Assembly (NCBI GenBank): GCA_000002435.2
Contig: CM018792.1
Direction: 5' to 3' (one strand)
Length of the DNA: 64,000 nucleotides
DNA from: Giardia intestinalis
Lineage: Eukaryota
Positions 24,944 to 34,660 of this stretch are shown piece after piece; position 1 is the first letter of the stretch; every line of letters begins with the position of its first letter. The position numbers and the translations under genes are program-made. Under the pieces are notes generated by a model that was not told where the DNA came from, did no database searches, and was given only the letters and a program-made list of their open reading frames with translations.

Positions 24944-26890
24944 ATGCAGCAAAGAGAGGAGACCTCACTGGCTCGGATAAAGGCAGCGGCTAACGCACGA
25001 GAAACCCATATTAATAAGATGCAGGATCGGAAAAGAGATGCCGTTGTCTTGGTGCTGGATTTCCTGAGAGCGGAGGGCTATGTCACAGCGTTGGCCAACC
25101 TAGAGGGAGAAACCGGGATAAGCCTATCAAAATATCAGGTCTGTGATAATGTTGATCTTCTGCACGTTGTACAGGAGTATCAAGAGTACTTTAGCTATAA
25201 ATATGATAAAGAAGCCAGAATAGTCAAAAAGGCAAGTGGTGAGCAATCCGGGCCGCAAAAGGCACCACCTCGACAAAAGCAAGTAGCGCCCCCGGCCATC
25301 CCCAAGCAGCTTTCATCTGTTCCATCAGATGACCAAAAGGTGTCCAAGCAGCCCGATCCGCGTACTAATCAAGGAAGCATGCCGCGTCAGCTACAAGTAA
25401 AAGAAGATACAGAGCAAAGCAAGAGTACAGAGCAAGCATTTCTTAATATCAATGGGGCGAAAATACCATATAAAAAGAAACCTGCCACGCCAAAGGCCCA
25501 GTCTGTTGTTCAAACCCCGTCATCGAACGAAGCACCTGCCCAGGCATACTCAATAAAGAAATCAGCGTCTTCATCTAACATCCCAGACGATCAGTATTCT
25601 CTTCCATTCCAACCTGTAAAAAAGGCCGCACCCGTAGCCCAGCCAGACACTTACCGGTCAAACTTGATTGCAAATGGCTCTCTGAATGATGGTGGGCTTG
25701 CATCGCTGTTTAATCTTATCAAGATGGAAATATTGACAGAGTCACCTAATGTACGCTTCAGCGATATCATCGGCCTCTCAGCAGCCAAAAAGATTCTGAG
25801 AGAATCAGTGATACTTCCAAGACGATACCCGCATTTGTTCGAAGGCGGAAATGGCCAGGGATCTTTGGCATGGAAGGGGCTTCTAGTTTATGGCAGCCCA
25901 GGGTCGGGAAAGACGTGCCTTGCAAAGGCGCTGGCCACAGAAAGCAGAAGCGTCTTCTTCTGCGTTTCTAGCGCGACGCTTACCAGCAAATACCATGGAG
26001 AAAGTGAAAAACTTGTGCGATGTTTATTCATCATGGCGCGCCAGTATGAGAGTGCGGTGATCTTCTTTGACGAGGTGGACAGTATACTATCCAGCAGAAC
26101 GGCTGATGGAGAGCACGAAGCTAGCAGGAGAATGAAGTCAGAGATGTTGCAGCAGATTGATGGGCTGTCGAGTTACATCGACTCTAGTAGTAGGATATTT
26201 GTCCTATGCGCCACCAACTTCCCCTGGGAGATCGACCAGGCCATGCTTCGCAGACTCGAAAAGCGCATCTTTATCGAATTGCCAGGATTTATCAGTAGAA
26301 TAGTAATGATAAGGAAGTTTTTGGGAGACAAGTTGCGATATGAGGATGCCAATTCAGTTTGCGGCGCCGAAGACTTTTGTTGCTATGATGAGTATGTAAA
26401 AAAGGTGTCCGAAATATCACATAATAAGGAGGATGTCCTTTCAGAGCAGTTCTTCACAGAGACCCTGAACAGACTCCAGCAGATCGGTCTCAAATACCTG
26501 GTTACTATTTCTGTGCTAACTTCGTGCTTCTCTGGCGCTGATCTGCATATTCTTTGCACAGAAGCATGTATGACTAAAATTCGTGAGGTGCTCGATGTCT
26601 TAGAGAAAGACTTTGCGGAAGACCAAATTACTGATGTAGATTTTAAAGAGAGCAATCCAGAAGTGATAGATAAGTACCTCAACACTGTGCTTCCAAGAGA
26701 TCAAAGCCCACTTGATTTAAAAGAGCTTGAGCACGAGGAAATTAGACAGGAGTGTCTTGAGGATCAAAAGCTGGATCTCTCTGTAGGATATACAGAGCTC
26801 ACAAAGGCTCTTATGGTGACAAAGCCAAGCTTTCATCCCCCAGATCTTCAAAAATACATCGATTGGGGGGCTGCATTTGGTTCGGGATAG
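24944..26890 (+). CDS. katanin p60-like AAA ATPase with N-terminal LisH motif (KATNAL2-like), 648 aa
   Basis: The ATG at 24944 follows aatataaaattagaagta. The N-terminus has a LisH-like DAVVLVLDFLRAEGYVTALANLEGETG. The AAA core is LLVYGSPGSGKTCLAKALATES (Walker A) ...SSATLTSKYHGESEKLVRCLF...VIFFDEVDSI (Walker B)...ATNFPWEIDQAMLRR, which is diagnostic of the katanin/spastin meiotic clade. Confidence 0.8.
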   Translation: MQQREETSLARIKAAANARETHINKMQDRKRDAVVLVLDFLRAEGYVTALANLEGETGISLSKYQVCDNVDLLHVVQEYQEYFSYKYDKEARIVKKASGEQSGPQKAPPRQKQVAPPAIPKQLSSVPSDDQKVSKQPDPRTNQGSMPRQLQVKEDTEQSKSTEQAFLNINGAKIPYKKKPATPKAQSVVQTPSSNEAPAQAYSIKKSASSSNIPDDQYSLPFQPVKKAAPVAQPDTYRSNLIANGSLNDGGLASLFNLIKMEILTESPNVRFSDIIGLSAAKKILRESVILPRRYPHLFEGGNGQGSLAWKGLLVYGSPGSGKTCLAKALATESRSVFFCVSSATLTSKYHGESEKLVRCLFIMARQYESAVIFFDEVDSILSSRTADGEHEASRRMKSEMLQQIDGLSSYIDSSSRIFVLCATNFPWEIDQAMLRRLEKRIFIELPGFISRIVMIRKFLGDKLRYEDANSVCGAEDFCCYDEYVKKVSEISHNKEDVLSEQFFTETLNRLQQIGLKYLVTISVLTSCFSGADLHILCTEACMTKIREVLDVLEKDFAEDQITDVDFKESNPEVIDKYLNTVLPRDQSPLDLKELEHEEIRQECLEDQKLDLSVGYTELTKALMVTKPSFHPPDLQKYIDWGAAFGSG

Positions 26891-29800
26891 GTATTGTCTC
26901 ATGGAGATCCGAGTACATGGGGGAGTGCGGGAAAACGCATTCAGTACAGTAATCTTTCAGCGCTTGGACAAGGCATCCATAGGATTTTTTGTCTTCAGTA
27001 CAAAGCACTTCTCTTGCAGAAGAATAAGCATTGGTGTTTTGTTTGGCTTCCTCTTCTCTTTGCAATACATTAGTATTAGGCAGCAATTTCGTCATGTCTA
27101 TGCTGCCAGGTGCACATGTTCGTATGTCTTGTTGGAGCTTATAGGTTACTGCATGTAGGCAAAGCACAAATACATCATATCTCGTCGAGAAGCTTAAATC
27201 AGATGTACACAGCTTAGAAAGAGGAAGAATCCTTATGCCCTCCATCATGGTCTGTATGATTTTCATTTTCTTGCAGTACGAATCAATTAGATTAGTTGCA
27301 ATCATGTTATTAAGAAGTTGAAAACATACTTGAGATGACAGGAATATGCTTGCTCGGTGCTCTCGAGAAAAGATGAATTCAATCAATGCTATCACTAGAG
27401 TTGTCGTTTCGGAATTATTCCAGCCCTTATGCTCTAACATAAACCTGAGGCTAGCAACTGGTATCAGAGAGGGTGACAGAGGTAACATCGCAGAACCACC
27501 ACGGAGCAAAAGCTTTAGCCCAGTATCTTCCTGAAGTACAGAATCATATCGTGTAGAAAGCTCTGCTCTGGTCACTATCGTGCAGCTAGGAACGCGGTGA
27601 TATTCTTCTTCTAGTATGAAAAGATTTGCTATTACTGCGTGGATGGCCATGACTCCCTTTTCAAATTCACGTGGATTGTGTGACTGGAGTACTAACTGGA
27701 GTACAGAGCTCAGTACCTGTATGTCTTCGTAGGTGAAGGAACTGTTTGGATGGAAGATGTGATTGGACAATAGAGTTACAAAAGATAAAACTTCCAACAA
27801 CCGGACAGAATTACCCAGTAGAGATGGCACGGCTAATGACAGCTTCAAGGTATGCACGATCAGGTCCACGAGAGAGCAACTGGGTAACTCTGGAAATCCA
27901 GGGCAATCGACTTCTATTTGCGAAAAAATTTGATTATGATTTGTGACTTTTTCGCTGAATGCAACCCATTGCATAGCTCTGGGATTATAGAAGAAACGAA
28001 AGTAATGTAATAGGTTGCAAAGGAAATCTTCGAAACCAGGATCACTGAGCCGTGTGTGGTAAAACTCAAATCCAAGCTTGGCACAGAGAGCTATGTTGAC
28101 AGACCTAGCAACATGGAAGAAACTCCACTTGTTTTTGAAAAGCCAGCAAATAATATCGTCATCTTTAAAGTACTTCTTTAGCTGCTGACAAATGAAAGCA
28201 TGTGACTTTTCAATCTCCAAGCTATTAACTGAAAGGAGTGTCGGCGGCGATGCTATTCGCTGCTTGCCCTTGGTTTTATGGTGCTGGTACGCACCCACAT
28301 TAAACTTTTTGATTAGCGATTTGAGAATACTAAAGTTGGGTACATCACTGCGCTCACAAGACAGTATAAAATTGATATACTCGCACTCATTCGGAAGGCT
28401 GCACATGTCTGCCAACAGCTGAACCATCAAAGGGAGCGCCTGTGACTGCAGTTTAGATATATTAGAACAGAGGGGCTGGATAAAGCTGTTTGGTGAGCAG
28501 GCACTAGACACAACCCAACAGTTCTCCAGGAGAGCAGTTAATACAAGCACCAGCTTGAGTGGGTTTATCTTGGCGCTCTCGACAGTTGCCACCACGTTCT
28601 TTGTGGTGAGGAAAGAAAGGAGGAGGTGTAGATAGCCTGTCCAGATGGCAAACACAGCAGCAGTATTAAATATTAACTGACCATCTGCATAGTACATGTT
28701 AGCAGGCGATAGGGTAGAGTCCACCTTAAATTCTGATGGTGAGTGTTTCTTTCTCATGGTCCTGGCATTGTCATAAGTAGACCGTAGCACCCCCGAAGTA
28801 GTAGATAGTCTTTGCGGAGAATGAAAGCTATTAAGGAGTAGCTCCTCTAGAAGGTCCACAAGAAGGTGCAAATACTTGTGGTGAAGGTCATTGCAATCTG
28901 ACTCTTGCATCAGTGCTGGTATAGCATGCCAAATGGAGCACAAGGTATTAGTGAAAACAGGGACGCATTCATAGGCGGTCGTCCACCCTGCTATCTCGTA
29001 AATCCAGTTCTTGAGACTGCACGTAGTGTGTAATAAAATGAAAAGCAGGATAAGAGGTAATAGAGGATCATTACGTAGTCTGTTAGATAGGTATATGATA
29101 TGACTGCGAAGACTGCAAACAGAAGCAAAAGATTGAATCCGTTTCGCGTTGTGCGTGTTATTCAAATAGAAGACCCGCATAAGGAATTGCTTAAACTTTT
29201 GCATGTGTGGGCCTCGCCTTATCTGTACCTCATTCTCGCGAATGTTAAACAGCGCATCTGGAAGGTTGACGCTAAATATGTCTTTGACAGAAAGAGATGG
29301 TACGGCCAATGCTTGAACAGATTGCCACGTTGATAGCGGCTTCTGAATTTTAAACAACGAAAGAAGATGTTCAATGATAACTATGCAGAACGGCAAGGGC
29401 TCCATCTCCTGTTGTTTTGCATATGGTGCGCAGCATTCCAATTCGAGGATATCGTTAAATTGAGCACGGGGTTCCAGGGCCTGCTTTAGCTGTAGTACAG
29501 ACGGGAAGCTAGAGAGCCTATCTAACGAGTTTCTCCCAAGGATACCGGCGAACAACTGGTGAAGCAGAAGATTATAGAACCCAAAACTATGTCTTGATGT
29601 ACGGAGAATGGCCAAGGTATCCAAAAACCCGTATAGCAGTGAGCTAGGCCATAAGAGATAATTTGCAGAAGTCCAAATAACGGAGCCAGCCGTGTGAGCA
29701 AGGGATTTATTCGGGTACCCATAGATAAAGACATAGGCAAAAAACGGTAGATACCTACATCGCGAGTATGGGTAGCGAGGGGGATTTGATAGGAAAATGT

Positions 29801-32567
29801 TAACAATGCATTCAAGGGTGCCCGTACTATAAGAATCCTTGATGAAGGTGATTAAATCGCTTTTGTAAAAGAGTAAGATAGATATAGAAATCTCAATGGT
29901 TCGGGAATTCATAAGAAAAGATATGTCTCCCATTGCAGAGAACAAAACGATGTCTTCACTGCTCGATTTAGATGATTCGATTGGCTGCTTAGTCTGCATG
30001 TGCAATGTGATAGATTTGAGGAACTTTATGATATGAAGTGGTACTTTTCGTTGTTGCGTAAGCAGTGTAGTGCTTTTTGGAGACAAATGAAAATACTCAA
30101 TCAGGCCCAGAAGGAGGAGCTCGACAACGCTAGAGCAGTTCCGTCCTATGTTGGCCCACTCGCCTGTAATGAGCCTTTCCATTAAGTTGATAGCGGACTT
30201 AGCAAAATCGGTGCTAGATACCAGGGTTTTGACATCTGCAGAGATATCATTATCGCATGGAGAGGTAAGCGCAGGACAGGCTGTGGTGTACTTTGTCACT
30301 CTACAAACAAACTCATTAAACAGGTCAAGAACCACCAACAACAAGGGCATGTGAAGGTGTATTTGCTTTGGACATGATAGGCTCTGAAATATAGACAAAA
30401 GAGCAGACGGTAACAAGCAGAGCTCTGGTTTATATAGCAGTGCACTCAGTACACTTTCGTGGGGCAGTGTCAGTAATAGGTCTAAAATTAATTGAACTAT
30501 AACAGAGAGAAGATGATAGCGCTGACTGTAAAGTATATTATTCTTATCTAAGAACTGCTTAGAATAGCAAACTGAATAGGCATAAAGAAGAAGCATGAGA
30601 CTTTGTATAAAGCTGCTAGAAAGCAGCTCGCTCAAATCCTTATCGATTGATAGTTCTTCATGGGAGAGATACTCTGCTATCACTTCAATGACTGCTGAAA
30701 ATTGAGGATCTAAAATTTTAATAGAAATGGTTTCGGGGTAGAATGAGCCCGAAATGATCGCATTTTCATGTTGAGCTACATGAAAAATAATAAACTGAAC
30801 AGCAGCAACAACCTGTGTGCGCAGAAAAGGTAATGTATGAAGGCAAGGATCGGCAGCTGACTGAATGAGGTAGGAAGGCCCTGGACTAAAGAGATCATTC
30901 GAAACGGTTGGTAACAAGTAAAGAGACCCCGCACTAGTGTACTTAAGATGAACCGGGGTTACACCACTCAATCCCACTTCTTCAGAAGATAGCCCAAAGT
31001 AGGAGCATACGTTGTTGTTGTGCTCAGCATCCTTTTCAGCATGTACCTGTCTAAATAAGAAGTCCTTAGTATTCCGTAGCTTGTCATCTTCTATAAATCC
31101 TAGAAGATCTAACTTCTGATGAGCTACCGTATCCAGGTGGCACTGAACTACCTTATCTAGGTGATATAGCAGGCACGCTGCTTGATATTCCAATTCAGTT
31201 GCCTTTCCTAGAGGGTTTGCTCCTACAAAGAGCAATCCGCATCGTAGAATGTAACTGAAATTAGTCAGTGATAGCGGGACTGCGCTGCTGGACAAATTTC
31301 CTAGACATGTCAGTAATGAGAACAGCAACACGGAAACAGAACAGAATAGCAATCTACATATCTCCTGAAAGGCACAGGGGTTAGTCATGAGCTCATCTCG
31401 TTGAGTGTAGATCAGTTTTGCCCATGTTGTTAACAAAGTTATGAAACAAGTAAAGCTTGTTATGGTAGTCGGTTGGTTGCTTGAGGGCATAGTCAAGGAG
31501 TGGGTTTGTAAGTTGGAAACAGAACGAGTGCGAACAAGGGTCTTCCTTGCATTTGGATCGGTTGTATGGACAGACCTGATAGAGACGGCGTCCAGAAACC
31601 CAAAATACGAGGCAGTTCCATTATAGTCTGTGTCAGCAAAGGAGGAATCTGCGTCCTTGAGGATCTTAAAGAGTCTATCTATATCATATGTTTCTATCAA
31701 CAAGTAAATAAACAACATAGACTTCAGCAATTGCATAATACCTGCGTCTGTGTGAAGATCGAGTTGGAGAACCAGTGAATTTATACCGTCTAGGCAGGGT
31801 TTAAAGACGCTTGTTAGAAATACATCGGAATCGACATCTTTTTCCCAAATAAGCCTGTTTTCAACGATGTAATTGACCATTGCACAGCGCCAGGTCAGAC
31901 CAATTGTGGTGTCAGCTATTAGATAATATGGAACATGTTGTAACTTAGCATGACAAAGTTTAAATCTATCAACCTTTGTTTTAGGTAGCAGGAACCAAAG
32001 AACATGACATATCAACATAACTGAAATAGATGAACCTGCTGGCCGTGCCCCTTGAGGTCGGCAGCCAGAGTTTGCGGTGAGGACTACCGGCCTCAATCCA
32101 GTTAGAAGGTCCTTTGCCGCGTCACAGAACTCGTGGAGATAGTCTTCAATAATACAAGCATGTTTGACTGCAAAGTGCGCGGGTCCACGCACATGGGCAA
32201 CAAATAACTCGGTGTATATAATCAGTAACAACAGCAAGGAATCATCTTCCCCGCTGCAGAAGGTGTCCCTTGTATCTTCAATAGATGAATTAAAGTCTAT
32301 TGCAAAGCAAAGCAATAATGATACAAAATGCTTTGTTTGCTCCTCCGGGCTCGCATAGGAGCCTATAGAGCCTATGGGACGTGTTGCATGAAGATACTGC
32401 TCCACTGGAGCCCAATCCTTCATCCACTTCTCTACATTGGAAAATGGAATGTCAATATGGTGATCTTCAAAACTCTTTAGAAACATGCTGGTCAGGCTTT
32501 CCAGAGATATAGTACCGGCTTGATGATGCTGCGGCCCCACCTCCACGAAGCAGGCCTCATTGGACAT
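26811..32567 (-). CDS. hypothetical large protein, 1918 aa (no recognisable domain)
   Basis: This is a single uninterrupted ORF with a confirmed ATG (cat at 32565-32567). The protein is Leu-rich and alpha-helical in character. Its 3' end overlaps the 3' end of the convergent AAA gene by 80 nt. Confidence 0.6.
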   Translation of the reverse strand: MSNEACFVEVGPQHHQAGTISLESLTSMFLKSFEDHHIDIPFSNVEKWMKDWAPVEQYLHATRPIGSIGSYASPEEQTKHFVSLLLCFAIDFNSSIEDTRDTFCSGEDDSLLLLLIIYTELFVAHVRGPAHFAVKHACIIEDYLHEFCDAAKDLLTGLRPVVLTANSGCRPQGARPAGSSISVMLICHVLWFLLPKTKVDRFKLCHAKLQHVPYYLIADTTIGLTWRCAMVNYIVENRLIWEKDVDSDVFLTSVFKPCLDGINSLVLQLDLHTDAGIMQLLKSMLFIYLLIETYDIDRLFKILKDADSSFADTDYNGTASYFGFLDAVSIRSVHTTDPNARKTLVRTRSVSNLQTHSLTMPSSNQPTTITSFTCFITLLTTWAKLIYTQRDELMTNPCAFQEICRLLFCSVSVLLFSLLTCLGNLSSSAVPLSLTNFSYILRCGLLFVGANPLGKATELEYQAACLLYHLDKVVQCHLDTVAHQKLDLLGFIEDDKLRNTKDFLFRQVHAEKDAEHNNNVCSYFGLSSEEVGLSGVTPVHLKYTSAGSLYLLPTVSNDLFSPGPSYLIQSAADPCLHTLPFLRTQVVAAVQFIIFHVAQHENAIISGSFYPETISIKILDPQFSAVIEVIAEYLSHEELSIDKDLSELLSSSFIQSLMLLLYAYSVCYSKQFLDKNNILYSQRYHLLSVIVQLILDLLLTLPHESVLSALLYKPELCLLPSALLSIFQSLSCPKQIHLHMPLLLVVLDLFNEFVCRVTKYTTACPALTSPCDNDISADVKTLVSSTDFAKSAINLMERLITGEWANIGRNCSSVVELLLLGLIEYFHLSPKSTTLLTQQRKVPLHIIKFLKSITLHMQTKQPIESSKSSSEDIVLFSAMGDISFLMNSRTIEISISILLFYKSDLITFIKDSYSTGTLECIVNIFLSNPPRYPYSRCRYLPFFAYVFIYGYPNKSLAHTAGSVIWTSANYLLWPSSLLYGFLDTLAILRTSRHSFGFYNLLLHQLFAGILGRNSLDRLSSFPSVLQLKQALEPRAQFNDILELECCAPYAKQQEMEPLPFCIVIIEHLLSLFKIQKPLSTWQSVQALAVPSLSVKDIFSVNLPDALFNIRENEVQIRRGPHMQKFKQFLMRVFYLNNTHNAKRIQSFASVCSLRSHIIYLSNRLRNDPLLPLILLFILLHTTCSLKNWIYEIAGWTTAYECVPVFTNTLCSIWHAIPALMQESDCNDLHHKYLHLLVDLLEELLLNSFHSPQRLSTTSGVLRSTYDNARTMRKKHSPSEFKVDSTLSPANMYYADGQLIFNTAAVFAIWTGYLHLLLSFLTTKNVVATVESAKINPLKLVLVLTALLENCWVVSSACSPNSFIQPLCSNISKLQSQALPLMVQLLADMCSLPNECEYINFILSCERSDVPNFSILKSLIKKFNVGAYQHHKTKGKQRIASPPTLLSVNSLEIEKSHAFICQQLKKYFKDDDIICWLFKNKWSFFHVARSVNIALCAKLGFEFYHTRLSDPGFEDFLCNLLHYFRFFYNPRAMQWVAFSEKVTNHNQIFSQIEVDCPGFPELPSCSLVDLIVHTLKLSLAVPSLLGNSVRLLEVLSFVTLLSNHIFHPNSSFTYEDIQVLSSVLQLVLQSHNPREFEKGVMAIHAVIANLFILEEEYHRVPSCTIVTRAELSTRYDSVLQEDTGLKLLLRGGSAMLPLSPSLIPVASLRFMLEHKGWNNSETTTLVIALIEFIFSREHRASIFLSSQVCFQLLNNMIATNLIDSYCKKMKIIQTMMEGIRILPLSKLCTSDLSFSTRYDVFVLCLHAVTYKLQQDIRTCAPGSIDMTKLLPNTNVLQREEEAKQNTNAYSSAREVLCTEDKKSYGCLVQALKDYCTECVFPHSPMYSDLHETIPIPNQMQPPNRCIFEDLGDESLALSP

Positions 32568-32680
32568 GGTGTGGTCCGAGGAGTAATCTTTTGAGATTTT
32601 TCATTTACTGGCAGGAGACGGAAAATCCGACTGGCAATAATAATGCTCAGCTTTATCTACGAGTCTCTGATCACCTGTGA

Positions 32681-34558
32681 TTATCTACGCTTGTATCGTT
32701 TCTTTGACTTAAACCCTGTTGGCTTTTTACCCCGCTTCATCTGATATGGTGCCACTGTCTGGTCGTCGAGATTGCGGTTGTTCTTAGAGTCAGTCTTTCT
32801 TTGCATCCTGATGGCTCGCCGCTGGATCCTGGCCTCCTCATACATTCTGTTGCGGACTTCTCCTGGAGATTCTCCTTCTTCGCGTAGATTCCGTTCTGCT
32901 CGCTTCTTAGCCCGAATACTGGCCAACACATCCGGAGGAAGACTGTTTTCTTGGCGATTCTTAACCATCTTGGCCTCAGATGTGATTTTCCGGAGGTACT
33001 TCTGCTCCTCCTTGGAGAGGTCTCGGACGGCTTCCTTATTGGTAATTGCACCCGATACCACGCGGGCATGAAGAGCCCGCAAGTTGGCCTTTTCAGCTTC
33101 TGTCTGGAACCACGTCTTCTTGGGCCTGCTGAAGATCTCATCTTTGAATTCCATTATGTTTTCGGCCTTCTTGATCTTAATCTCCTCCATCTTCACCGCC
33201 ATCTCTAAATTCATCCGATCCACTCTGCGCTTGAGCTTGTCTGGGACAGAATTATGCACAAAATAATGCGTTATGGTAGTAATAAGTTTAGAGTCAATCT
33301 TCCTTTGGCGAAGAGGCTGGCCCTTTGCCCGCTCCTTTTGGCTGTCCTGAATCTCTTTTAGCACGTTCTGTTCCTGAGCATTGTCGTGAACAAAGGTTAT
33401 AGAAGTTCCTGGCGCGTCTGCACGACCGGTGCGACCTACACGGTGAATATGGACGTCAAGGCTGAGAGGAAAGTCATACTGTATGACGACAGTTACATTT
33501 TCAATATCGAGACCTCTGCTAGCGACGTCTGAGCAAACGAGCAAGTTGATGTCTCCCGACCTAAAGCGATCCAGTTCTGTTGCCCGTTCCTTCTGGCTAG
33601 AGTCTCCATGAAGGCACGATGGTCTGATACCAGCGAGTAAACACGAACGGGCTGCGTCCTCCGGTGGCTTACTCAACATGTCAAGGAGTATGAAAACTCT
33701 TCTTACCTCACGCTTGCTATTGCAGAAGACCATAATCTTGTGCTGGCCGTCCTCAGAGGAGAAGTTGTTACGGAGGAGAGACACGAGAAGTATGTCTCGT
33801 GCAATTGCAGAAAGTGTTGAGGACTTTAGTGAACTATCCTCGCCCTTGAACTTCTCTGTGCATTTTCGAAGCAGCGTAGGTGTAATCATAACAAACTCCT
33901 GTGTTATTGTTTGGGCTACTGTCCGGGGAGGATCTATTTGCACCTGGAGCGGCTTCTGCAGAGCGAGGAGTGAGAAGCTTAAGACCTCTTTCTCCATTGT
34001 TGCTGAAAAAAGCAGGGTCTGCCGAGCAACTGGACACAGCGCACAGATTTCCTTCAGCTCGTCGTGAAATCCTATATCTAGCATCTTATCTCCTTCGTCC
34101 AGTACCAGAACCTCAATTGTGTCTAGAGAGAAATTGACCGTGTTGCGGACTAAATCTATGAGCCGTCCTGGGGTTGCTACGATAATGTCAGGCTCGGTAC
34201 GCAATTGTGCAGCCTGCTTCGCCGTGTCAGTGCCACCTATCAAGAGGTAGACACGAAAGTTGGTAAAGTAAGCGAGCTCCTGGAGAACAGCAGCAGTCTG
34301 GGCAGCAAGCTCACGAGTTGGGGAGAGAATAAGCGCAGTAGTCCCGTAGGTATCTCTCCCACGAAGAATCATCCTCTCTAGCAGAGGTATGCCAAATGCC
34401 CCTGTCTTGCCAGAACCAGTCACTGCTGAAACTAGTGCATCTCGGCCAGCAAGTACAATAGGTATAACTTTTTCTTGAACAGTCGTAGGAAACTTCCAGC
34501 CCAGCCGTAGCACTGCGCGAGTGAGTTGGCGGGATAGAGAAAGCCCCTGCCAAGACAT
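32681..34558 (-). CDS. DEAD-box family ATP-dependent RNA helicase (DEGD variant) with basic C-terminal tail, 625 aa
   Basis: The helicase motifs are in canonical order: a Q-motif region FPTTVQ, motif I AVTGSGKTGAF, Ia PTRELA, TPGRL, II VLDEGD, III SAT, ...LVCSDVASRGLD and VI HRVGRTGRA. The Lys/Arg-rich tail is nucleolar-like. The ORF-track start at 34567 is a TTG; the first ATG (MSWQGLSL) is at 34558-34556. Confidence 0.8.
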   Translation of the reverse strand: MSWQGLSLSRQLTRAVLRLGWKFPTTVQEKVIPIVLAGRDALVSAVTGSGKTGAFGIPLLERMILRGRDTYGTTALILSPTRELAAQTAAVLQELAYFTNFRVYLLIGGTDTAKQAAQLRTEPDIIVATPGRLIDLVRNTVNFSLDTIEVLVLDEGDKMLDIGFHDELKEICALCPVARQTLLFSATMEKEVLSFSLLALQKPLQVQIDPPRTVAQTITQEFVMITPTLLRKCTEKFKGEDSSLKSSTLSAIARDILLVSLLRNNFSSEDGQHKIMVFCNSKREVRRVFILLDMLSKPPEDAARSCLLAGIRPSCLHGDSSQKERATELDRFRSGDINLLVCSDVASRGLDIENVTVVIQYDFPLSLDVHIHRVGRTGRADAPGTSITFVHDNAQEQNVLKEIQDSQKERAKGQPLRQRKIDSKLITTITHYFVHNSVPDKLKRRVDRMNLEMAVKMEEIKIKKAENIMEFKDEIFSRPKKTWFQTEAEKANLRALHARVVSGAITNKEAVRDLSKEEQKYLRKITSEAKMVKNRQENSLPPDVLASIRAKKRAERNLREEGESPGEVRNRMYEEARIQRRAIRMQRKTDSKNNRNLDDQTVAPYQMKRGKKPTGFKSKKRYKRR

Positions 34559-34660
34559 AAAATACAATTATTATTTTAGCAGCAGCATAAAACTGGATGG
34601 CTGGCATATTTTTTGTGTAGATCCCAGTCTTGCTTCTCTGCGTGCATTGGCCGTGCCCAA
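34559..34660. promoter_or_regulatory. divergent promoter region (DEAD-box helicase gene and the 1254-aa gene)
   Basis: The AT-rich aaatacaattattattttagcagcagcataaaactgg lies between the two corrected ATG starts. Confidence 0.4.

Noticed and set aside
26383-26902. Small minus-strand ORFs (26383-26685, 26717-26902) and other 60 to 150-aa ORFs nested antisense in large genes (for example 45160-46095, 47014-47628, 33678-34067, 39734-39943)
   Set aside because: They lie inside and antisense to long, domain-supported ORFs. They have no start context and non-protein-like composition.
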